From positions 157,356,001 to 157,420,000 of the forward strand of contig OX597816.1 of the NCBI GenBank assembly GCA_951406725.2: 64,000 bases of DNA. Direction: 5' to 3'. Position 1 is the first letter of the stretch, and each line of letters opens with the position of its first letter. Shown piece after piece: positions 13,211 through 24,860 of this stretch. Source of the DNA: Octopus vulgaris (taxonomy: Eukaryota). A program made the translations under genes and the position numbers. A model generated the notes under the pieces. It was not told the DNA's origin. It was given only the letters and a program-made list of their open reading frames with translations, and searched no databases.

Positions 13211-13315
13211 CTAATACTTTCGGGTTCGAAACCTGGAATCAGTTGGTCATCGTCCGAAAACTTGCTTCGGAATACTATACCCTCTCCAGAAATTGAACCA
13301 TTAAATGTTCCATTG
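13211..13315 (-). CDS. Host gene exon: continuation of the second SRCR-like domain
   Basis: ttcttcttag/gtaaat borders, 105 nt, phase 2-2, open and frame-compatible. NGTFNGSISGEGIVFRSKFSDDDQLIPGFEPESI. Confidence 0.75.
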
Positions 13316-13860
13316 CTAAGAAGAAAAAAAATACCTCATGTGATAACTTGTCATCTCACCTCGGCCCCTACCAATAGGTACTAATCACAGCCACTCGTAA
13401 GATGATATACACGTTCTACAAGCATTAGTGTTCGTCTCCATCATGGGTAAAAAATTTAGTTGGACAACAACCTGTATATACATTCGCATGCATATATCAA
13501 GACGCTCATCGGTCACGAATGACCATGGGATTGCACGTAAAATGTTCGCTCCTAGGCAAAAGGCTAGACAAGGTTGTTTGTGGAAGACCAGTAGTCTCCC
13601 ATACATACCAGCTTCCACTCTCTAAACCACCGATGTTATCCAAAGGATATATAAATGTGACCGAGTGTGTACCGTTGGCGATTTCTTTCCTCTGGATCTT
13701 TCCTTTTCCTACTTTTCTGACGAAGAGCTCCGCTCGAAACGTTAAACCCTCCTTCTTTCCTCCTTTCCTGAGCGTTCAATAACATTATACTTGTTCCACG
13801 TCCTCGCGTTGTTGTGTTTTCTCTTTGTGTTTTCATGTTTGGATTCAATATATATATATA

Positions 13861-15040
13861 ATCTCTATATATATAAAACTGAGAACGTGTGTCTGTCTGT
13901 TTCCATAAAACTTGAGAACTACACAACCAATTTCATTCAAATTTTACACATGCCTTACTTAGGGTCCGTGTAGTTTCATGGGCAAAAAAAGATGTTTAAC
14001 TTCTTGCTTAGAGCGAGCCCACAGCAATATCATATCTTCTCCACTATTTCAGTATTACGTGTTAAAAGTGAAACAAAAACATCTCTCTATTGTATGTATA
14101 TGGATGTATATGTATATATATATATTACAAAATATAAAATTATATCTTGAGATCGTTAGTGACAACAACGCTCAAAATATATAACAGACTGAAATAGTAG
14201 TGCTCAAATGAGCTGTATACACTTTTTAATCCGAGGGGAGGCAATGCGAGCAGCAACTACAAGAGCACTACAAAATCCACAGAAAGATCAAACATATATT
14301 CAAATATTCATTTATATCTACAGAACAGACATAAAGCCCGACATTTAGAAATATATAGTAATATATAAATATATAAACATCATATAAAAATATATTGTAC
14401 GCATAAGATCCGCTCGATGTTCCATAAGAAATTTAGAAATAAAATTGCATGAATTAAATATAGTAAATATAGTAAGTAGTTATTAAATATATTTTATTTT
14501 ATTAAACGGTAATTAAATCGTAATATAACAATTAAAAGAAAAAATAGCAATTAGTATAAAATGTATCAAGGACTTGAACTCGAATATGTGGCTTTGCATG
14601 AATGGGAGAAATTAAAAGATGAAAAATTTAATTGAGTGCAGAAGTGAATTAGTCCAGATGGAGTTGTGCGCATACCATTTACTATAGCTGCTAGATTGAA
14701 TTATATGCTTATAAAGTAGCATTCAGTATCTATGAGAATTTTTGGGAGTACGTAATGTCTGGTCTTTCGCATGTGGCAGGTATGTACTATGTGTTGTGTG
14801 TAAAAAACATCCTGACGAGGGGAGTGTCAATTTCAAATATATGATATGTTTCATATTAATTGGCGCATATCCGTAGATGAACTTTTATGTATTTTTGTAA
14901 ATTTGTATATTTATCTACTATGTATTTTTCTCTGGAATTTTAATTCGTCTTTTTAATATGTCATTGTATGTTTTATTACCCCAAATTTTTAATTTAACAA
15001 ATTTATACCAAACTAGCACTTGCCGGGTCATAATGCTAGT
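13861..15040 (+). mobile_element. Non-autonomous Helitron-like element (the two ends may not belong to one copy)
   Basis: 5' atctctatatatataaaa..tgtctgtctg; 3' ttgccgggtcataatgCTAGt. Confidence 0.5.
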
Positions 15041-15268
15041 TATCAATAATAATAAAGGGTAAAATTAATTAATCAATTAATAATTAATAATTTTACCAAG
15101 TAGTTCGGTATGTTAAAAGAACCATTTTCCAACGCACCTGCGTGAGTTGTAGAGTATTGCTGTCTGGGAGGTATTTTATGGTAGTTGAATAGTATTTTAA
15201 CGGTATGTGGTGAAGCAAATTTTGCTGAAGCCTAATTATAATTATGCTCATAATTATAGAATTTATAT

Positions 15269-17301
15269 GATTGATTGATTGATTGATTTTAGTTTCAGCT
15301 CATGAGCTGTGGCCATGCTGGGGCACCGTCATTTGGTGTTGCTACGCGGTTTTACTTCACGAAAGCTTTTTAGCGACTGCCATTTGGTGCATGAGAGAGT
15401 TCGATGCAGCTGCCCTCATCTGCACCTCCTGCCGTGAATTTGTTCATCTGGGACACCTCAAAGGAGGAGATCCAGTTTCATTTTAAAGACATTTGCATCC
15501 ACCCCATGCAGGTCTCTTAGGTTCTTCGGGAGGATATTGAAGAGCTGTGGGCCTCGGAAGCCCAGGCTATCACAGTATCTTGTCCTACATCTTGATGGCA
15601 AATTTGGAGTCCTAGGCAACACGCAGTGGCGCCCAGTTCTGGCATTTGTGTAACTCTCGATGCCAAAGTTCGGGACACGTCCCTCCAGGATCTTCCAGAT
15701 GTATATTATGGCATATCTTTCCCGCCTACGCTCCAAGGAATATAGTTTAATCTCTTGAGTCTTTCCCAGTAGCTTACATTCTGCATAGAGGCTGTCTTCT
15801 CCGTGTAGCTACGTTGGATCGCCTCGAGTTCTGTGATCAACTTAACGCTGGATGGTGACCATAGCTGAGAGCAATAGTCAAAGTGGCTTAGGACAAGTGT
15901 CTTCCAGAGGACCATCATGGTTTCTTGTTCTCTTGTTCTGAAGGTTCTGAGAATCCATCCGGCCAGTCGTCTACATTTCATTGCCAAATTAGCAACATGT
16001 ACACGAAAGGTTGCATCATCACTCATGTAAATACCCAGGTCACGCACTGATTGTGCCTCTGGGATTGCTATTCCTCCGGGTCCAGTGTATTCATTGGGTA
16101 TTGCATTTAGTTTTGCATGCTGATAGTATAAAGCTTGAAACTTTTCAGCATTGAACTGCATGCTATTCTTTTCAGCCCACTTGTATATTTTCTCCAGCTC
16201 ACATTGCAGGCGTTTAGTGTCCTCAGGGTTCTGTATTGCCTGTGAAACTTTTGTATCATCTGCATAACTTGTGATCGTGGCTCTCTGCGTGGCTGAGGGC
16301 ATGTCTGAGAGGGCCATTATGAACAGTAGTGGTCCCAAAACAGTGCCCTGCGGAACACCGCTCACTATTTGCTACTACCACCTGACTTCTATCCTTCAGA
16401 AAGTCATGAAGCCATTCTCCCAGTTTTCCAACTATGTTGAGATCACGCTGTTTGTGACATATCATTCCATGATCGACTTTATCAAAGGCCTTTGCAAAGT
16501 CGAGATATATCACTTCCACATTTGAGTGGTTGAGCAGCCGTTTCAGCACCCAGTCATAATGTTGTAGGAGCTGAGTTAAACAGCTTCTCCCTGGTCGGAA
16601 ACCATGTTGGGTGTCAGGCAGCAAGTCATTTTCTTCAAGGAAGGTGATCAGTTTCCTTCTGACTATTCGTTCCATGACCTTGCTGATGTGTGAGGTCAGA
16701 GAGATAGGTCTGTAGTTCTTGGCCTCTGCTCTGCTACCTCCTTTGTGAATGGGGCATATTTTACCTTCCTTCAGTTTTCTTGGAAGTTTGCCAGCTGTAA
16801 GGAAGCTCTGAAAGAGGAACTGCAGTGGTCTTGCTAGGACTCTCTTACTTACTTTTAGGAGGATTGCCGGGAATCCATCGAGGCCAGTAGCTGAGTCTGT
16901 TTTCATTTCATCTATATCCTTTATTACATCGTCTTCCTTTATATCGATGTAATCTATCGTCGCCGCCTCTGATTTTATATCTGCAGTGGTAAAGAAGTCC
17001 GTTGGATTGGTGATTTGGAGATGCCCAAGGGGTGGAGTGAAAACACTCTTGAATTGCTCATTCAGTATTTCACTTACCCTCATTGGTTTTCCTGCAAGTG
17101 TGCCGTCCTTTTCAAGGAGTGGCCCTATCCTACAGTGCGCCGTAGCTGTTTCTTTGGCATACCTGTAGAAAGCTCTGGGATTAGATTTTATGTTGCCTAT
17201 AGCCAAGGCTTCTTTGACTGCTCTTTCCTTTTCATGGGAGAGTTGCAGACATTTTTCAATTTCCAGCAGTTTTATTCTCAGGCGGGACTTTTCACTGCTT
17301 T
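15269..17301 (-). mobile_element. CR1-like LINE, 5'-truncated copy of the 2528-5760 family, (AATC)n tail
   Basis: NYRPISLTS, DFAKAFDKVDH, GVPQGTVLGPLLF, YADD; frameshifts; same 3' end. Confidence 0.93.
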
Positions 17302-18700
<1,399 letters not shown>

Positions 18701-18976
18701 AAATCCGAGTAAGAGGCAAAGTGACTGCCACATCATGTAGATGCAGCACTTTGCCTCTTACTCGGATTTTCAGAAATTTTGCATGTCTGTATCCGAAAAT
18801 TTCTTCATACAACTTGATCAAATATCCAATATGAGCTATATGTAGACATGCATAAATTCTATAGGTTTAAAACCTTTCATCAGATCTCCATGAATCGAAC
18901 TTTCTTCAATGCAGTTAATCCTACAACCTCTTTTTTATATCTACCCCTTTTGATGTTTGGGAATTCTCTGATATTT

Positions 18977-19064
18977 TTTCGGCTGACGAGTACGAGCCAT
19001 CTGTATTCACTGCATTTTTTGTAGCTTATTAAAGATGTCCTCGTACGAAACGATCGTACCGAGA
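18977..19064 (+). ncRNA. Type I hammerhead ribozyme, PLE-type, intact core
   Basis: tcgg-CTGACGA-gtacgag..ctcgtac-GAAA-cgatcg-TA-ccga; all three stems pair; GUA cleavage triplet. Confidence 0.88.
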
Positions 19065-19302
19065 TTTTAATCCATTCTTGTTGCTTTTTTCCTATATATA
19101 TATATATATATATGTATATGTATATAGGAGGTTATGAGAGTTAATAGTGTCAGTGAGACCCAAAGGTGTCAGGTAACGCTGAATAAGTGCTATGGATAGA
19201 CCATGGGTCCAACTTAGGTCATATATCAGCGTGTGTATGTAAATTTATGTAAATGAGATAAAAAACCCAAAGCTGTATAGATTTTAGAACATTTATAAAT
19301 AG

Positions 19303-19350
19303 GTCATACAGCTTTTTCTAGGATATTTATTATATCCCTTCATCGGAGAC
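19303..19350 (-). ncRNA. Decayed hammerhead motif downstream of a PLE-like remnant (about 19350-19615, minus)
   Basis: gtct-CCGATGA-agggatat aataa atatccta-GAAA-aagctg-TA-tgac. Confidence 0.5.
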
Positions 19351-19619
19351 GGTGTGAGAAGATGGTTTAGCAATAGTTAATTTAGATAAGATACGAATCA
19401 GAGTGAGGTGGAGGAATGAAAATAGATGTGAGATATGCAGAGATATTGTATTTGCAGATCCATTATTTAGGCAGAATGGTATACATATAAGATTCCAATA
19501 CCTTATGAGTAAAATCCAATAGTATTTAAAATCGGCCATTCCAAGTATAGAGTTTATACAATGTTATTGAATCAAGGGTTTTAATTAAAGTGACCTAAAA
19601 GTAGGCATGTATTAGTAAG

Positions 19620-21570
19620 GTCAAATCGAAAACAGGAAGAAATCAAGAAATAAGAAGCAAGGGAAAGAAACACACGAGTTAGTAGAACAAGGATTAAAGG
19701 CAATTGACAGAACAACGCTACCGGGAAAATTCAAGTGTTGGATACTGCAATTTGGGCTGTAACCAAGAATAATGTGGCCATTGCAAATGTACTAAATAGC
19801 CTCGAGTAGAGTAGAAAAGATGGAGCAAAGATGCAGTGTGTTTATCAGAAAATGGCTTGGTCTGCCGAAACCACTGAATACAACTGCACTATATGGAAAA
19901 CCCGTGCTGCAACTACTAATAACATCAATCGCCGAAGAATATAAGGCAGGAAAGGCAAGGACAGTAATGATGCTAAGGTATTCAAAAGATCAGAGCATCC
20001 GGAAAAACCCTCCAAAGATACGAACAGGGAGGAAATGGAAGGCGGAAGAGGCAGTAAACAGGGCAATCGGAAAACTAAAGCACGCAGATATAGTCGGAGC
20101 GACGCAAGAAGCTAAAACCGGCCTAGGGTCGCAAAATTTCAGGCCATTTTGCAAGAGCAGTGTAAAAGAGATGAAAGAGGCAGTGGTATACGAAGTGAGA
20201 AAGGAGGAAGAAGAAAGGCGAAATGTACATTTGGTGCAATGCAGTCAACAGGGACAGTGCCTGAGATGGGAGGAATACGTGATCAACCGCAGAATATCAT
20301 GGAAGGAACTTTGGGCTTGGGAACAAGCAAGAACATCCTTTCTGATCAAGTCTACCTTCGACGTTCTACCCTCACCGGCGAACTTAGTCCGGTGGAACAT
20401 AAACAAAACCGATGAGTGTAGATGCGGAAAGAAAGCGACGGTTAGACATGTTCTGTCAGGTTGCAGATTAGCACTTAAAAGATATACATGGTGGCATAAT
20501 CAAGTCCTCGGTGTCATAAGCGCAGCACTCAAGGAGAAGATCGAGAGGTACAATAGGGGAGAGTACCCAAAAGTAGAAAAGCGCAGGAAAGTATACTTCC
20601 ACAAGGAGGGAAAAGGTTATAAAACCAGGCCTACAAGTAAAGTATACGAGATGGACGAAAGATGGAAGGGATACTGAGAGGTGGCCACAGACTTGGAAAG
20701 ACAAGTAGTATTTCCACTAATAAAAACAACATAAAGACCGGATTTAGTTCTATGGAACAGAGACCGGAGAACGGGAATTTTACTAGAACTGTCAGTACCT
20801 TGAGAAGAGAACATCGGCAACGCAGAGGAACGAAAGGAGAAGAGGTATGAAAAGCTAATCGAAGAATGCAGAGAACAGGGATGGAATGTCGAATATTATC
20901 ACCTGGCAGTGGGAGCTAGAGGGTTCATTGAAAAGAAAATGACAACGCTTTTCAAAAGAAGATTTGTTTTTTCTAGCCCCGAGTTGCGTAAACTAATAAG
21001 GAGAGTACGGGAGGCGGTCGAAAAAGCCAGCTTCTATATATGGCTGAAGCGGGAAGACCGAAAATGACTTGAAAGTCATAAACACGCCGACGGGAAATAA
21101 CATCATTAGGTGAGACAAGCTGACTGAATCAGCTTAGCTGACTGAATCAGCTTCGCTGACTGACAGGTGACGGTCGTTTAGAAAAAGCGCGGGCTAAAAC
21201 TACGCGCCTCCACTAGTCAGTTAAGGTGAGACAGTGTCACGTGACAACTTGTTGGGGCTGCCTGCTGGAGCCTATGCGGCAGGTATTTAAACGGAGAAAT
21301 TTGGCAAGACAGTCAGTCACCGGCTGACACTCACTGACTATACATCGAAAAGGCCAGGGAAGAGAAGAAAGAAGAAGAAAGAAGACATGCACCCAACACC
21401 AGAGCTGAAGACACCTCGGAAAGGGGGTGGCACCACGTCAAAACGGTAGAGGAGTAGGGGCCGAAACCGGACGTGGTTCCTCCTGATGATGTCTTGAGCT
21501 AACTGGATCCTATAAAGGAGCTGTTGTGGTAGCAGATCACGAAACACGGTTGTAATTCCTCAGAAGAAAG
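19620..21570 (+). mobile_element. 5'-truncated RLE-type non-LTR retrotransposon (R2 superfamily, Hero-like)
   Basis: RKWLGLP, LPSPANLVRW, CRCG..HVLSGC zinc knuckle, RYTWWHNQVL, RPDLVLW..ELSVP*EEN..KEKRYEKL restriction-like endonuclease; in-frame stops; about 480 nt 3' UTR. Confidence 0.88.
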
Positions 21571-22549
21571 CGAAAAAAGAAAAACGAGAAAAAAATAAGA
21601 AGAGGAAAAAATCAGGAAGAGAAGAATGAAGAAAAGAAAGAAAAAGGAAAAACAATGAAGAGATAGGAAGGGAAAGTGTACCAGTTAGCGGTCAGTCGAG
21701 ATAGTTTGAAAGTAGGAATGGGGAGATAAGGGTGGTAGAGAGAGAAAGGTATTAGCGTGTAAAAAGATAGAAGGAATGGGGGTGATAGAGAGAGAGGTAT
21801 AAAAGTAAAAGAGTGTCAATTGTGCAGAGATAGAGTCTAAGTGATGTGGCAGAGAGAGGGGTAGTATTATGGAATGAAGAATTTAGGAATTTGGGTGGTT
21901 GGGCAAGTCAGTGCTCATGTGAATCTTTATCGTAATGTTTATGGTGTTTTTTGGAGCAATGGCTCTGATTTTAGAAGTGGTATTATATACCTTACTGAAT
22001 CTTAAATTACTTTATATTGAAACTGTAAAGGTGTAAACTTGCTAGCCACCTTATTATTACAATAAATAACGATAATAACACTTTTTTTATTCAAATGTTT
22101 CTTCTTTACGGTAGTTTCTTTTAAACGGAGCGGAACGTTTAAAGTAAGGAACGCACATCAGCTAACGTAGTGAATATTTTAGAAATGGATATTAAAATGT
22201 TATTTTCAACTGAAGATCGCAGAGTATGTTTGTCATGCAAATCGTGAAATAAATTGATATTGAAATATACATCACCTGCTGATTGATTCAAAGCAAAGTT
22301 CAGCCTATTTCTAATATGTTCATTGTATTGATCGTGTGTATCATTATCGTAATTTTCATGGTGATTTTTGGAGCAATGGCTCTGATTTAGAGCAAGTGGT
22401 ATTATATACCCCATGTTCCTTTCTGTGGAAAAGCGTAGGCTAAAGACTTTTCTTTTCCCGAGCGTTAAGCTAATACACCTGTTTGTTGTCTACACCACCT
22501 GTCTTCGTCTTTTGTTGGGGTTTTTTGGTGAATTCTCCCTATATATATA

Positions 22550-22776
22550 TTGGGCTGGTGCATAATTATGCGGCTTTTTCAACAAAAACAATAAGAATAT
22601 TTAACAAAAATATCTTTAAATGACCGTCTGCCAAACAAATGGGAAGCAGTAATTGAAGTAGATGGTGGTGGATATGCTCCGCAATAATCCTGTAAAGATG
22701 TTTTTGTTACATGTTGGTATTGTTTATGCTCAATAAAATTTGTTGAAAAAAAGCCGCAGTAATTATGCACCAACCC

Positions 22777-22778
<2 letters not shown>
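22550..22778 (+). mobile_element. Non-autonomous mariner deletion derivative (MITE)
   Basis: TIRs ttgggctggtgcataattatgcggcttttt / aaaaagccgcagtaattatgcaccaaccta-like, in TA context. Internal LPNKWEAVIEVDGGGY matches the mariner transposase C-terminus. Confidence 0.85.
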
Positions 22779-22834
<56 letters not shown>

Positions 22835-23023
22835 CAGCAAACAAGATGAAGTTCATCTGCAAAATTAACATGAAGTGTGACTGAATGGCTCTAAACTACA
22901 ACGCCAAGTCTTGGATTTATCATTTTAAAAGGATCGGCCGGTACTCTTAATATATTTTCAAAGCAATCTACCGTTTTCTTTTAATTAGTGAGATAGAATA
23001 AAGTGTGCGTTCAGTCTTCTTAC

Positions 23024-23147
23024 CGTCTTCCAACATAGGAACACAATTTATTTGCAACATCTGTGGTTTTCAAATTGCTTTCACAAATAGGTTTGTATGA
23101 ACCTTCGTAAAACATTTGCACGGTCTTGTTATTTTCCTTGTATTTAA
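23024..23147 (-). CDS. Host gene exon: N-terminal half of a TMPRSS/corin-type SRCR domain
   Basis: ttccag/gtaag borders, 124 nt, phase 1-2. KTVQMFYEGSYKPICESNLKTTDVANKLCSYVG. Confidence 0.85.
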
Positions 23148-23353
23148 CTGGAAAACAAAATAGGAGTTATATTTAACACATTCAAACTGAATTTTTGGTG
23201 AATTCTCCCTATATATATATTGGGCTGGTGCATAATTATGCGGCTTTTTCAACAAAAACAATAAGAATATTTAACAAAAATATCTTTAAATGACCGTCTG
23301 CCAAACAAATGGGAAGCATCATTCAACAAAATAACCTTATATCATTCTTATAT

Positions 23354-23415
<62 letters not shown>

Positions 23416-23416
<1 letters not shown>

Positions 23417-23775
23417 TAGCAGTATCACCCGGCGTTGCTTTAGAATTTTTGAAAAGTAAAAATTTTGCAATATGTAGCTTGTTATTCTCTTTAAGTGAAC
23501 ATTTTTATGGTTGAAATACACGAAAAATAGCGACAGTCAAAAAATCGTAAAAAAATAGGGATTTTCATAGAAAAAAAGCACCTTTTTGGTGTAAATAATT
23601 TTTGGTGTTAACATGGTCCGATTTGAAATTTTCTTCTACGGAAGGAAGAGCAAGCCTTCTTCTATCATACTCTCAATTTTGGTCAACTTTCGCCGCAGGG
23701 TCTCGGAGGAGATAGTGTTAGTTGAAGGCTACCAAACCTGCCATACACAGACAACTTCAGCTTTATATATATAGA
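23416..23775 (-). mobile_element. Non-autonomous Helitron-like element
   Basis: Minus strand 5' TCtatatatataaa; 3' gcaacgccgggtgatactgCTAG. Confidence 0.7.
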
Positions 23776-24203
23776 TAATTGGTATGTGTTCACGAAGTCC
23801 AAACGATTAATACGAAAAAACCCTCGAGGCTACATCCCGAAAATTCATTTCTTTGCCGAATTTCTACAATGTTTACGACGATTCGTTTTTATATCTTGAT
23901 CTTTTATTTTTCATGCAATTTACGCATGATTGCACGTGTGGTGAACACAGTTCACATCAAACAGCTGACTGAGTAAAGTTCGCTATTTAATACGTGGGAT
24001 AAGGCCTAAACAAACACATTATCGACTTTTGCACTTGCGAGATGAATTTCAGAACAGAAATAGCACAGTTCAATTTTCATTCGCCTAAACTTTAAGTGAC
24101 CCATTTTTGGTGGTTCTACGATTTGTTGGCTAAGAGGAAATGTGCCGGGAAGTTAAACACACAGACACACGCACAGATACACACACAGACACACAAGTTG
24201 AGT

Positions 24204-24288
<85 letters not shown>

Positions 24289-24337
24289 ATTTAGGGCTAA
24301 AACCACTATCAGTTGTCAGGTGATGGCGGGAGAACAA

Positions 24338-24371
<34 letters not shown>

Positions 24372-24610
24372 TGATATATACACGGACAAAAATCCGTGCT
24401 GCATCTCCAAGATGCAGCACGGATTTTTTTCAGTGAACAGGTCGCGGATTTTAGCGACGAAAATATTTTGACAAATTAAACTTAAATGTTGAAGTGAATC
24501 GAACGGCTTTTGTGTGTTTCTTAAATGGCTTATAAACACCTTCCACGCTGCAATTGTTTTCGTTTCAGCATACGATCTCAGATCAAATTACTTGCTATGC
24601 GAGTACATCT

Positions 24611-24641
<31 letters not shown>

Positions 24642-24649
24642 ATCGCTTA

Positions 24650-24860
24650 TTTGTTTCAATCAATAGACTGCAACCTGCGGCCATGCTAGGACACCGCCTT
24701 GAACAATTTTCAGTCGATACCAATGCTTCTTTTTCTTAAAAAAAAGTCTGCTATTAATTCTATTGGTCTATATGCCGAACCGCTAGGCTACTGGAATGTA
24801 AACTCATCAGCACTGGTTGTCTAGTGTGTCGGAGGACAAACACAGATACAAAGGCACACG
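24650..24860 (-). mobile_element. SINE 3' portion (family with an internal (GT)n tract)
   Basis: Similar to 41349-41700 and 53290-53690; tail ggcggtgtcctagcatggccgcag..tgaaac. Confidence 0.65.

Noticed and set aside
21925-22411. About 65-bp diverged direct repeat (tttttggagcaatggctctgattt..gtggtattatatacc)
   Set aside because: Most simply duplicated pieces of a decayed retroelement; no further structure seen.
22415-22450. Hammerhead-like ctgtGGAAAAgcgtaggct-aaagac
   Set aside because: The GAAA strand and stem III are missing; too decayed to call.
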